Source: a virus (Duplodnaviria; Caudoviricetes). Taken from it: DNA of 64,000 bases. Positions 53,269 to 63,039 of this stretch are shown piece by piece (the stretch's first letter is position 1; each line of letters opens with the position of its first letter). The notes beneath the pieces were generated by a model, which did no database searches, was not told where the DNA came from, and was given only the letters and a program-made list of their open reading frames with translations. The DNA is taken from IMG/VR virus record IMGVR_UViG_3300016472_000180, positions 1,525 through 65,524 of that record; one strand, given 5' to 3'. The position numbers and the translations under genes were made by a program.

Positions 53269-54957
53269 TTATCCTTTGTTAAATCTTTTTAGAATTGATG
53301 TTCCGTAGTTGTTCTTTTTGGGCGGCTGACCATTCAATAGAATTGCACCAGAGATACGCTCGCCCAATAGACCAATCGTTCGTTTGTTTGACAACCACTC
53401 TTTGGTTGCTCGTTTCTGTTCTTCTTCCATGTTCTTCTTAATAGCAGTATCTGGGTCTATGGAGATCAACGATGACCAATGAGATACAGCCGCAGACAGA
53501 ACATCCACCCGATCATCATGCTTGAGAGATCCCTTGCGATCCGACAGTCTGGTTATTTGTATTTGATTTTCCTTGTCCTTGATAACTTTGGTATCAAACA
53601 CAAGACGGTGTTGGGCAAAGATTGGCTCCAGTGTCCTCAGGATACGGGTTTGTTTATTGCCCGTTACCTTGTATTCCTCAATGGCTAATTGACCACATCT
53701 TAAACTGACAATGGGACGCAAGATTTGACCAAACATACCATCACCATAATTTGATTCATACTTCAGTTTTTTTATGTTGTATTGACAGAGTAGATCGGTA
53801 ATTTTACCAAGGGTAACATTGTCATACCCACCCTGTAGACCCAACAGTTCATGGATAACCACATAGCCATTAGCAAAGCTGGCAATACAGACCGCAGTCT
53901 CATCCGCCCCACGCCCCGAGGGATCAATGAACATCACAGTCTCTAGGTATTCAATATAGGTGGGTGATATCCACATTGGCTCATAGCATATGTCTCCCCG
54001 CATACCAAAAGAAGGGACCCGTTTGTTCTGGGTTGAATTAGCCCATGTCATCTTATTGGGAAATACCTCAGGGTCAACATCAATCACCAACAAATCAGAC
54101 AACCTCAGGGGATACCGCTTGATATCCGAAGAACTGGTATCCAGTTTGTAATGCAGGGCAAACAAGCTGGGACCAATCTTGGCTTCGATACCCAGTAACT
54201 GTTCATCTGAGAACCGTTCTGGTTGTGTTGATTGTCCTGGTTCCAAGGGCAGATCTAGGACATAGGGATGGACATTCTCACGCTCGGCCTCGTTTGAGAT
54301 ATCTGGCATCACAGCAGGGAACTTAATAACACTGTAGATGTTTGCCAGTTTGTTGTAAACGGAATCCTTGGTCTGTGGGGTTCCCAAGAATCGGATGGTG
54401 GACCCCTCGATTTTATTGCGGATGTTCTCTAATTCCATACACCTGTCCCACAGCTTTTCCCTGGCGGCTGGGGTATCTGAGTTCTCGGGGATCTCAATAT
54501 CATCACACAGAATATCATCCGCATGTGATCCCGTGATCTGAGAAGTAATACCCTTGGCGGCAACCGATAGATCTTGGCTGATACGGGTACGACCATGGAC
54601 ATTGAATCCAAATGCCGAGTCTTTCTCAAACTCTTGGGGAACCAGATGTTGCATATACGGAACCAAGGACAAGGTTTGCCTGACTTGGGAGACAAACTTG
54701 ATAGCTTTGTCCCCAGCGGCTGAGATAATCAATTGGGTTCTATTAATATCCTTCAGTAACTTCCAACTAACAAAGCAAGCATTGATTACACTTTTTCCAT
54801 CCCCACGCCCCGCTTGCATCAAGAAATCATTAGGCCCATCCTGTAGTTCTTTTGCCATTGCATATTGCTTTGGGGTGGGTTCACCTAAACCCAAATACTT
54901 GAAACAAAAATACAAGTGATTTCTAAAGTCTTGTATAACTTCTGGGGGTATCTTCAT
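53269..54957 (-). CDS. Terminase large subunit (gp19-like)
   Basis: QAGRGDGKS, GITSQITGSHADDILCDDIE, LGTPQT, IDPSGRGADET, ESNYGDG, HDDRVD. Confidence 0.95.
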   Translation of the reverse strand: MKIPPEVIQDFRNHLYFCFKYLGLGEPTPKQYAMAKELQDGPNDFLMQAGRGDGKSVINACFVSWKLLKDINRTQLIISAAGDKAIKFVSQVRQTLSLVPYMQHLVPQEFEKDSAFGFNVHGRTRISQDLSVAAKGITSQITGSHADDILCDDIEIPENSDTPAAREKLWDRCMELENIRNKIEGSTIRFLGTPQTKDSVYNKLANIYSVIKFPAVMPDISNEAERENVHPYVLDLPLEPGQSTQPERFSDEQLLGIEAKIGPSLFALHYKLDTSSSDIKRYPLRLSDLLVIDVDPEVFPNKMTWANSTQNKRVPSFGMRGDICYEPMWISPTYIEYLETVMFIDPSGRGADETAVCIASFANGYVVIHELLGLQGGYDNVTLGKITDLLCQYNIKKLKYESNYGDGMFGQILRPIVSLRCGQLAIEEYKVTGNKQTRILRTLEPIFAQHRLVFDTKVIKDKENQIQITRLSDRKGSLKHDDRVDVLSAAVSHWSSLISIDPDTAIKKNMEEEQKRATKEWLSNKRTIGLLGERISGAILLNGQPPKKNNYGTSILKRFNKG

Positions 54958-55031
54958 TTAAATCCCTTTACAGACATTCTTTTTCCAGGGGTACTGGGGT
55001 ACCACCCAAGTCCACGGAGGTCTGTAATGGC

Positions 55032-55262
55032 TTATGCGGGCTTGGAAGAGGCAAACTTAAAGGGGACCATGGAACTCAGCTTGCGATCCACCGCCTCCAG
55101 TGAATCTGATGGCACAGAGTCCAATAACTCTTTGTTATCTTGGATGACTCCTCGGATAACTTGGTACAAACCTGGTCCACACTTAGCGGGATCATCTAGA
55201 TCCTCCAGCATGACCGATAACAACTTATCATAGATTGCATTCACTGCTGCTTTGCGGTTCAT
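55032..55262 (-). CDS. Terminase small subunit (gp18-like)
   Basis: 76 aa directly upstream of TerL; ...GLYQVIRGVIQDN pattern. Confidence 0.7.
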   Translation of the reverse strand: MNRKAAVNAIYDKLLSVMLEDLDDPAKCGPGLYQVIRGVIQDNKELLDSVPSDSLEAVDRKLSSMVPFKFASSKPA

Positions 55263-55476
55263 TTGTCTTCTTTCGTATAAAGGTTTTCCATGTCCAACTC
55301 AGAACAACAGCTAGAATTGGGATATACCACAGAATCCACAAGTAACTGGGTTCACCCGAGGCTTGTAGATTGTGTTTAATGGATTCTTCCATAATTGAGG
55401 GTCTAGAGTTGTCTGGTAATACGGCAGGAACCGTGGAACAACCACACAACATTAACAACAGCCAATATTTTATCAT
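55228..55476 (-). CDS. Lipoprotein with C-terminal TM (possible unimolecular spanin)
   Basis: Signal peptide with LCGC lipobox; C-terminal LWILWYIPILAVVLSWTW. Confidence 0.5.
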   Translation of the reverse strand: MIKYWLLLMLCGCSTVPAVLPDNSRPSIMEESIKHNLQASGEPSYLWILWYIPILAVVLSWTWKTFIRKKTNEPQSSSECNL

Positions 55477-55907
55477 GTTTTATTACCTCCAACTGCGGAT
55501 CCAAAGTAAAAGCCAATAATTGATACTAAAATCTGTCTGTTTTCAGATGTGTACAAGAACCCATTGATTTCAACAAAGATCTTTCGGCTGGTTTCTGGAA
55601 CCAAGCCAAATAAACCCTCGGGATTCTTTGCATCAACCTCGACAAATGTGGGTACACCAAAGAATGGCAGAATAAACGGAGCTGCCAGAGTACTGAATAG
55701 TACCGTCAGTACAATGACCTGACGAACTACCTTCCCAGCATCTAGGGGAACTCGGGCTACGGCTTTATCTTGGTTTTCGGTAACTTGCTTGTTTGCGGTT
55801 ATAACCCGCTCAAATAATTCCTTCTGGTCTTGGGATTTTTGGGCAAGATACCGGAATATAAACCCAGTAATCCCACCTCCCAATAATGATATTAACTCTA
55901 GTGGCAT
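55473..55907 (-). CDS. Putative holin (multi-TM)
   Basis: Three hydrophobic segments; position in the lysis/terminase block. Confidence 0.55.
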   Translation of the reverse strand: MPLELISLLGGGITGFIFRYLAQKSQDQKELFERVITANKQVTENQDKAVARVPLDAGKVVRQVIVLTVLFSTLAAPFILPFFGVPTFVEVDAKNPEGLFGLVPETSRKIFVEINGFLYTSENRQILVSIIGFYFGSAVGGNKT

Positions 55908-55916
55908 TTGTTTTCC

Positions 55917-56156
55917 TTAATTAACTAATCTTACAAAAATGTTTATACACACACTGGCTAATGCACCCAAAGCAACTGACCATCCCATGACATAACCTCG
56001 GGTATGCTCCAGTATTCGCAACCGCTTATCGTGTTCTATCAATTGGTTTTGTTGGTATTGCTGCATTGAAATCAAGGCATCCACCTTACCCTCAAGACGG
56101 CCAATCGCTAGAAATAACTCATCATATTGTGGTGTTGTCATATTAAATGGTTCCAT
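55917..56156 (-). CDS. Small coiled-coil plus C-terminal TM protein (holin/antiholin-like)
   Basis: DELFLAIGRLEGKVD...RLRILE...hydrophobic tail. Confidence 0.6.
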   Translation of the reverse strand: MEPFNMTTPQYDELFLAIGRLEGKVDALISMQQYQQNQLIEHDKRLRILEHTRGYVMGWSVALGALASVCINIFVRLVN

Positions 56157-56202
56157 GTATTTAATCTATATTATATTTAAAAAATAAATATAAATCGACA
56201 GG

Positions 56203-56247
56203 TTATACGGACGTGTCGATTAGTTCGTCGTGGTGGGGGGAGGTCAT
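56203..56247 (-). pseudogene. Relic 5' fragment of a homolog of 55917-56156
   Basis: MTSPHHDEL(IDTSV*) versus MTTPQYDELFL in the intact gene. Confidence 0.7.
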
Positions 56248-56250
56248 GTG

Positions 56251-58839
56251 TTATGCCTTGCGAACACGCGCCAACAGCGTGCCGCTGCCGAGATCCAGCG
56301 TCCCGCCGCTTTCGTTCTGAAACCTGACGGACACGGTGTTGGCGGCGCTCACGTATCCGGTCACGGTGATGCCTTGCAGGTCAAGCGAGAATGACACGCA
56401 TTCGACGAGGTCGCCGAGCGCAGCCCCGGTCACGGTCACGGTCGTTGTTGTGCCGGCCCCGTCAATTAGGTTCGGAGGGTCATAGGTGGCGGAACCGGAC
56501 AGCACCGATCCCGGCAGGTATGCGGTTATTGCATTGACGTAGTTGCCGGTGTTCGCCGACTGCCACGGCGTGTTGTCGCGCAAAAGCAGGTTCGTCACGG
56601 TATCAAACGACAGCCCGTAATTACGGTTGGCGTTCGCGCTCCCGTAGACATTGTTGATGCACGCGGCATTCACGCAATCCCAAATGATGATGTCGGCATC
56701 GGAGTCTGCCGAACCATCGACCAGCAATCCGTCGATGATCGTGTTTCCCTGAACCACGGCGGTGCCGGTTAGCCCAGCAGGCCCGTGGATGTAAACCGAG
56801 CCACGCGAGCATCCGTTGATGAGGTTGTTCGTCACCATCGCCGCATTCTCGATCTGGTCAAGAAAGATTCCGAGTGTCGTTGTTCCGGTCGCGCCGACGA
56901 TGGTGTTGTCGCTGACGCCGCAGGTCTTGACAGAATAATTGGCCGCAGTCGTGTTTCGCGTCCGAATTAGACCGCAGTTTTTGGTTACGTTGCCTGACAC
57001 GTTCAAGAATGCAAATGCACCGGACGTTGCTGACGTGCATTCCACAAGGCACGGGCCGCCCTGTCCGGCACACGTGATCGCGTTTCCTTCGATTGCTACG
57101 GAAACGTCGGTCCCGGTGTAACTGGTGTTGTTTATGCGTGCCCACGGAGCTGATGTGGTTGATGCACTAGAACATTCCATCGTGTTGTTTGCGATGGTGA
57201 TGATGCCCCCGACTTGCGTGTTCGTCGTGATGACATTTGAGTTGCCGCCGATGTCGATGAACGTTCCTCGGCCAGACGCTCCGACTTGAAACGATTGCAT
57301 CATGTTGTCCAGGAACGAGATGCTCGTTCCGCGCAACTCCGAGCAAAGCACCAACGCTTCGGACGAACCGCGACCGATGATCGTGCATCCTTCGACGGTG
57401 ATATGGTCGCCTCCGACGATCAAGCCTCCATCAATGGTGCATCCAGAGGCCATGCAGTATTCGCAGTTGCCGTGGAAATCAAGCGCGCCATTGTTTGCGG
57501 TGGACGGTCCCGTCATGGCGGTGAGGTTGGCGTACTTGATCAGCCGGTTCGTCACGGCACCGATCTCGTCGGCACCGCCGGTCGTGATGGCATGCCGCAC
57601 ACCGTAGAACGTCCCGCCGTTCACGGCAACCGACATGCTGTTGGAGATCGCAAGTCCGTAATCGCCGCCGAAATTTGAGGACGCATCGTCCTGGAGCATG
57701 CAGTTCGTGATCGACAGGTTGTAGGCGTTCGTGATGTCAATGCAGGAGTACGAGCAATCGGTCACCTTCACGTTGTCAAACACGCAATCGAAGCACCTTC
57801 TGGCTCGAATGCCGGTGACGGGGTTGGCCGTGCTGGCAAGCCCCTTGAGCGTGAAGTCGCGCATGGCGAACGTGCTGGCGCCCGTCAACTTGTACGCATT
57901 GACATTTGCCGCCGTGTATCCGGCAAACAATGATCCCTGCGTCGTGACGGTGTTCGTCGCCAAGGCCGCGACACGCTGCATTTCTCCTGCACGGTAGTAC
58001 GTCCGAGCCGGATTCCAGGAACCGTTGGTCGGGTTGTAGATCAGAATGACATCGCCACGAACCACGGATGGCGCAGAAGCAAACACAACGGCAGATGCCC
58101 CGGCAACCGGGTCGGTTGAAATGGCTGGAAGGGCGGTCCATGTCCCCTGCGCGACCTCGATATGGACGCCATTCGTCAGGTTTGCATACGTGGCTGCGCT
58201 TCCGTCGATAATCGTCGCTGCTGGACCGTCGCCGTACATGCTGACGTTTTGCGGCACGGACAGCGTGGAACCGACCTTGTAGGTTCCTGCTGGCAAGTGG
58301 ACGCGCTTTGCCCCGCTCGCAAGCGCCGCGTTGATCGCCGCCGTGTCATCCGCTACGCCGTCACCGACAGCGCCAAAGTCCTTGACACTGATAGTTTCCG
58401 CAAACTTCTGTGTCCCAGTCCTAGCAACCGCACCCGCACCAGCTGGTACATAGTTCACAAAGTCTGAATTCGTAGTTGTTACATTTGTCAATACAAAGTT
58501 TACAACCTCGATATTGTTGGTTCCAGCTGGTGGTGCCTCGGTAAAAGTCAGCGTAGTACCAGACGTTGTATAGGTATTCTTCTGTTGATAAACACCATTA
58601 ATATAAATAACCGTACCATTGCCCAAGGCACCGGGGTCACTGGCTAGGGTGAACACGGTCTGAGAACCAGTACCACTGAACATCTGGCGGTTCATTGCAG
58701 CTGGATTTGTTGGCATCAAATTAGCTGAGTTTATATAGGTCATCCATTCGGTCCCAGTCCAAACATAGGTTGTTGTACCATATGTATACTGTTGATTAAC
58801 AGTAGGGCTTGCTGGGAATGATATACTGGTATTGGGCAT
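56251..58839 (-). CDS. Tail spike/fibre with pectate-lyase-like beta-helix (putative depolymerase)
   Basis: FPASPTVNQQY N-terminus; SVKDFGAVGDGVADDTAAI; beta-helix-like repeats. Confidence 0.85.
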   Translation of the reverse strand: MPNTSISFPASPTVNQQYTYGTTTYVWTGTEWMTYINSANLMPTNPAAMNRQMFSGTGSQTVFTLASDPGALGNGTVIYINGVYQQKNTYTTSGTTLTFTEAPPAGTNNIEVVNFVLTNVTTTNSDFVNYVPAGAGAVARTGTQKFAETISVKDFGAVGDGVADDTAAINAALASGAKRVHLPAGTYKVGSTLSVPQNVSMYGDGPAATIIDGSAATYANLTNGVHIEVAQGTWTALPAISTDPVAGASAVVFASAPSVVRGDVILIYNPTNGSWNPARTYYRAGEMQRVAALATNTVTTQGSLFAGYTAANVNAYKLTGASTFAMRDFTLKGLASTANPVTGIRARRCFDCVFDNVKVTDCSYSCIDITNAYNLSITNCMLQDDASSNFGGDYGLAISNSMSVAVNGGTFYGVRHAITTGGADEIGAVTNRLIKYANLTAMTGPSTANNGALDFHGNCEYCMASGCTIDGGLIVGGDHITVEGCTIIGRGSSEALVLCSELRGTSISFLDNMMQSFQVGASGRGTFIDIGGNSNVITTNTQVGGIITIANNTMECSSASTTSAPWARINNTSYTGTDVSVAIEGNAITCAGQGGPCLVECTSATSGAFAFLNVSGNVTKNCGLIRTRNTTAANYSVKTCGVSDNTIVGATGTTTLGIFLDQIENAAMVTNNLINGCSRGSVYIHGPAGLTGTAVVQGNTIIDGLLVDGSADSDADIIIWDCVNAACINNVYGSANANRNYGLSFDTVTNLLLRDNTPWQSANTGNYVNAITAYLPGSVLSGSATYDPPNLIDGAGTTTTVTVTGAALGDLVECVSFSLDLQGITVTGYVSAANTVSVRFQNESGGTLDLGSGTLLARVRKA

Positions 58840-58890
58840 TAAAATTATTCCTTATGTTAATTGTTATAAATAATGTTTGTTATTCTTAAG

Positions 58891-58963
58891 TTAGTCCTGC
58901 GTGGCAAGCAGCGAATTGACCTTGCCCTCCAAGGAACAGTTCGTCGTGGTGGGGTGTGGTCAT
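58891..58963 (-). pseudogene. Frameshifted relic of a homolog of 55917-56156
   Basis: ATG ACC ACA CCC CAC CAC GAC GAA CTG TTC CT (MTTPHHDELFL), then after a deletion TTG GAG GGC AAG GTC AAT TCG CTG (LEGKVNSL); ATGA overlap with the fibre stop. Confidence 0.8.
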
Positions 58964-61608
58964 GTGGCGGCAACAATAAAGGCGAGAACCTGGTCCATCC
59001 TGACACCAAACGAAGTTCCAGCAGCACGAATGACATTGCCATCTCCGTCCACAATCTCTCCCCATTCGTCGTAGCAGAACATTCCGTACCGCGACGGGTC
59101 AAGGCCGCGAGCGAGGAATGCGTCCCTGACATCCTGCGCGACCATGCCGACATGGATGCGAGCATCGTCGCCCTTTTCCGCGACAGCAGATCTGAATCGG
59201 AATGCCTTCACCATCGACTTCAGGTCGCCGGCAACGAGCAACTCGGCTGCGGACAGTGCGCGAATGTCTTGCTTTGCGCGTTGATCGGACGTGATGATCG
59301 TCCCGTTTGCCGCATAGATGTTGTCCCACTTGTTTCCAGACGCGCCGAGGTCTGCCGTGCCGTCCGTGTCTGGGAACGTGGCGCCCGATGTGCAGTAAAT
59401 GTTGTCGGGATGGAAGATCAGGCTTGCCCCAGCTCCACTCAACGCACCTCGGCAATTGATGACAGCCATGTTGGTGTCGCTGCCGAGAAATTCAATCCCA
59501 GTATTTGCGTCCACGCAATTGACATACATGTCGTTGGATCGCAGCTTGAGATTGAACGCTGCGTTGGAACTCGTCCAATTCTCGACGTTCAAACCATTGC
59601 CAGACGATCCTGTGTAGTCAATGCCTGTACCAGCAGGGTTACCGTTCGCTCGAATGTTGCGCCATGTGATTTGATATGGGCTGTTCTGCACGAGAAACAG
59701 CGTGAGCCCGGTGCTGGTTGTCTGGAAGTCCATCCCGGTGAAATTGATCGAGCGGGTTGATGCGCCGTCCACACGCACCAACTTGGCGTTCGTCATGTTT
59801 GATTGACTGTCGAACACCTTGCTGCCGAATACGTTGAAGTTCCTGCACCCACTGAAAATAATTGCGGCTACGTTCGCATTCGACGGCACACCGAACAACT
59901 CCATGTCCAGGCCGAAGAACTGATAGTTCAACGAGTTCGACACCTCCATGACATGAACGAACGACGTTGTCCCGCTGACTGGCTCAAAGTACAGTTCGGT
60001 GAACGTCATCCCAGAACTGGCTCCAGCAGTCAGCCCGCGCTGCGTGAATTCAACGGAGCAGTGCGTGAACGTCAGGTACTGCGTTGGCGTAGTTGCGGCA
60101 ATGCTGATTCCATTCGTCGCATTCAGGATGTGAAGCGAGTCGATCTGCACAAGCGTTGCGCCATCGGCCACGAAGGCGTAGTTCGATCCGGCCTGGTTCG
60201 TGATCTGCACGTTTCTGACCACGCCGTACTGACCTGGGCAACGGAACCCGATCCCGGTGCTCCCGTTCTGGTCGATGGTGAGATCCTGGACGATGATGAA
60301 CCCGGACGCGCACCGCAGGCCGGCTCCGGTCGCGCTGGTGTTCTTCAGGATGGTGCGCGTCGGACCATCCCCGACGATCTTCATTGCCGCATTGACGTAC
60401 AGCCCAAACCCGGCGACGGTTTCCGAGAATGCATAGGTGCCTGCCGGGAAGTAGAGGGTTTGCTTGCCTGCACCTCCCTTGCAGAATGCGATGGCGGCAT
60501 CAATCGCCGCCGTGTCATCGGTGACGCCATCCCCCACCGCCCCGAAGTCCTTCACACTTACGACCTCACCCAGTTTGCTGGGAAGAGTACGGCTAACAGC
60601 ACCCGTGCCACTAGCAGTGTACGTTAGATTGGTAACAGGCGCAGTAATACTGGAGAATGTCTTAGCCCCTGTGATTGTTTGTGTTGTATTAGTTGAAACC
60701 AAGTTCACAGCGGTAACTGGAGTCCCAGCCACAGCAACCCAAGTATTACCAGCCCAAACACTGAGTTTACCCGTCTTGGGATTAAACCATAGTCCTGATT
60801 GACCAGCTGTTGGGGATGTCTCAAGAATGTCTACGGCACTGCTGGTGGGTGCAACGTCATCCTTGGTCATCACACCGTGGTTAAAGATCTGACCCAAGGA
60901 ATACAACCGCGTTGTTGCATGTAGGTCTGCCGTTGGTGCTAAGGTCTGTAGGGTACCATTAAAGACCCAAGGCACAGCGGATGTTGTAAGTTTACCAGGT
61001 GTAACAGCACCATCCACAATTTGAGCGGTGTTAACTGTATTATTTGCTAAGTTAAACACCAGCGAATAATTTGTTGTTGTCAGGATAAAGACACGATCTA
61101 ACAATTCTTGTGCCAAGTACAGTAACTGAGTTGTTTGTAGATTCAGCTGTGTACTGGTCAGCTTAGAACCAGCAACCCAAGATACCAATGGGATATCACT
61201 GACGGTCTTTCTACGGATCGTCATATTTGCATTGTTTAGCAGAGCGGGAACCTGGATATACGAGGGTGTGTTTGGGGTATCCAGTCTATAGTACAAGAAA
61301 TCATAAACATTACCACTAGAGGGTAGATCAATGTTTGTGATCGTCTTAGTGTTGTTGTTTATAGTTAATCTAGAGTTCGGAATAATAAACACATCCCGTT
61401 TATCAGACTGCTTTACATTGATATCCGTTAGGAAGTTTGTGATGGTAGTGGTGCTACCAGAACGGTCTGCCGAGAATACTCGTTCAACCTCAAGCTGTGC
61501 AGTAAATGGGATGTTTGGTATTGTTGCTATGGTATTAAATGAAATACCGTTCACTGTAGACCACAGACCCGTGGTACTTGTGATAACTGGTTGATTAGTA
61601 TATGGCAT
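58960..61608 (-). CDS. Tail fibre/spike: T7 gp17-like N-terminal adaptor, beta-helix, C-terminal intramolecular chaperone (peptidase S74-like)
   Basis: RKTVSDIPLVSWVAGSKLTSTQLN; VKDFGAVGDG; TSDQRAKQDI...HVGMVAQDV. Confidence 0.88.
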   Translation of the reverse strand: MPYTNQPVITSTTGLWSTVNGISFNTIATIPNIPFTAQLEVERVFSADRSGSTTTITNFLTDINVKQSDKRDVFIIPNSRLTINNNTKTITNIDLPSSGNVYDFLYYRLDTPNTPSYIQVPALLNNANMTIRRKTVSDIPLVSWVAGSKLTSTQLNLQTTQLLYLAQELLDRVFILTTTNYSLVFNLANNTVNTAQIVDGAVTPGKLTTSAVPWVFNGTLQTLAPTADLHATTRLYSLGQIFNHGVMTKDDVAPTSSAVDILETSPTAGQSGLWFNPKTGKLSVWAGNTWVAVAGTPVTAVNLVSTNTTQTITGAKTFSSITAPVTNLTYTASGTGAVSRTLPSKLGEVVSVKDFGAVGDGVTDDTAAIDAAIAFCKGGAGKQTLYFPAGTYAFSETVAGFGLYVNAAMKIVGDGPTRTILKNTSATGAGLRCASGFIIVQDLTIDQNGSTGIGFRCPGQYGVVRNVQITNQAGSNYAFVADGATLVQIDSLHILNATNGISIAATTPTQYLTFTHCSVEFTQRGLTAGASSGMTFTELYFEPVSGTTSFVHVMEVSNSLNYQFFGLDMELFGVPSNANVAAIIFSGCRNFNVFGSKVFDSQSNMTNAKLVRVDGASTRSINFTGMDFQTTSTGLTLFLVQNSPYQITWRNIRANGNPAGTGIDYTGSSGNGLNVENWTSSNAAFNLKLRSNDMYVNCVDANTGIEFLGSDTNMAVINCRGALSGAGASLIFHPDNIYCTSGATFPDTDGTADLGASGNKWDNIYAANGTIITSDQRAKQDIRALSAAELLVAGDLKSMVKAFRFRSAVAEKGDDARIHVGMVAQDVRDAFLARGLDPSRYGMFCYDEWGEIVDGDGNVIRAAGTSFGVRMDQVLAFIVAAT

Positions 61609-61617
61609 TAGTTTTCC

Positions 61618-63039
61618 TTAGTAAGATGGATACCATTTAGTTGTTGTTGAATCATAGGTCATAATTAAAGCTTTGCTGACAACAGCCGTTGTTGCCAAGG
61701 CAATGTTTCCAGATGTTCCAGTGGTAAACAGGCCCGTTGGTATCAAAGTAATCTGACCACCAGATGTTGAAATACCTGTAGGAGCCGTGATTGTATTGAT
61801 TTGCGTTGTGCCTGAGATAAATGTAATTGGCTTTGTGGGAGCAATGGTGGCTGCGCTTGCTATTGTTGGTGCAGCTTCACCTGTGGAAACTACACCGTAG
61901 AAACGATTGGCAACATTGGTGGACTTTCCCACGGTAACTGTGTTGCTGCCGATGCCAACAGCCTGATATCCAATAACAACTTCATCGCTGGCATTATCTC
62001 CAGATGCTCGGGATTCAGCACCAATAAATGTGCAGTTGTTTCCAACTGCTGTAAGATTAGTGTTGCTTGCGGTCTTATATGCTCCAGCAAAAATACCAAC
62101 AGCAGTGTTGTTTTGTCCTTGAGTTGCATATCGTAGAGCCAACTGACCAATACCAGTATTGTTACTGGTGGTTGTTATAGCAAATAGAGACTCCGTTCCA
62201 ACAGCAGTATTTTGTTGACCTGTTGTCAAGGAATACAGAGAATTAATACCAATACCGGAATTATATGATCCACTGGTATTGGATACCATTGAATTGTATC
62301 CAATAGCCGTATTTGCTTGGCTAGTAACAGAGGCACTACCAAACAGTGCTTGGTAGCCAATAGCGGTATTGGTTGAACCCGTGGTTAAACGATACGCCGC
62401 TGAATTACCAATGGCAGTATTAGAACCGGAACCAGTTGTGCAATTTATAAGAGAAGAGCTACCAATAGCAGTATTGTAACTGCTGGTTGTACAATTAAGT
62501 AGGGCCTGAGAACCAAGTGCTGTGTTTGATCCGCCCGTTGTCAAGGACCGCATTGCGCGGTATCCCATAGCCGTGTTATTTGAACCCGTGGTTATATCTC
62601 TATTGGCTTGCCATCCAAGAACCGTGTTATTAGTACCAAAGGTTAGAGCAGCACCAGTGTTAGCATCACCAAAAAAGAAATTTGTGTTTGTGTAGCTAAG
62701 TTTGCCAAAACCACCTAAATAAATTGAACCATAGGCATTAATTATTCCATCAAACTCAGTAGTATCTATAAAATAAGATGTACCATCTACCTGAAGCTGT
62801 CCTATATTTACTGCGGAAGAAAATGTTTTATCGCCAGTAACAGTCTGGTTAGTAGCTATAGTGACTAGGTTACTGGTCAGATCAGTAGATGCCGACAAAG
62901 ACTTGACAGTTCCAGCCGAGTTCTTAAAGAATATCTTTTCATCCACAGTGTTAATGGCAAGCTCACCCAGCGACAACACCCCCGCAGTTGGTGCCGAGGC
63001 TGCCGTGGAACTTCGTTTTAACTGAATGGTATTGGGCAT
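61618..63039 (-). CDS. Tail fibre protein with adhesin-like NTAxG repeats
   Basis: IQLKRS...P..L..GELAINT N-terminus; ~14-aa NTA(I/L/V)G..AL...TTG repeats. Confidence 0.8.
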   Translation of the reverse strand: MPNTIQLKRSSTAASAPTAGVLSLGELAINTVDEKIFFKNSAGTVKSLSASTDLTSNLVTIATNQTVTGDKTFSSAVNIGQLQVDGTSYFIDTTEFDGIINAYGSIYLGGFGKLSYTNTNFFFGDANTGAALTFGTNNTVLGWQANRDITTGSNNTAMGYRAMRSLTTGGSNTALGSQALLNCTTSSYNTAIGSSSLINCTTGSGSNTAIGNSAAYRLTTGSTNTAIGYQALFGSASVTSQANTAIGYNSMVSNTSGSYNSGIGINSLYSLTTGQQNTAVGTESLFAITTTSNNTGIGQLALRYATQGQNNTAVGIFAGAYKTASNTNLTAVGNNCTFIGAESRASGDNASDEVVIGYQAVGIGSNTVTVGKSTNVANRFYGVVSTGEAAPTIASAATIAPTKPITFISGTTQINTITAPTGISTSGGQITLIPTGLFTTGTSGNIALATTAVVSKALIMTYDSTTTKWYPSY

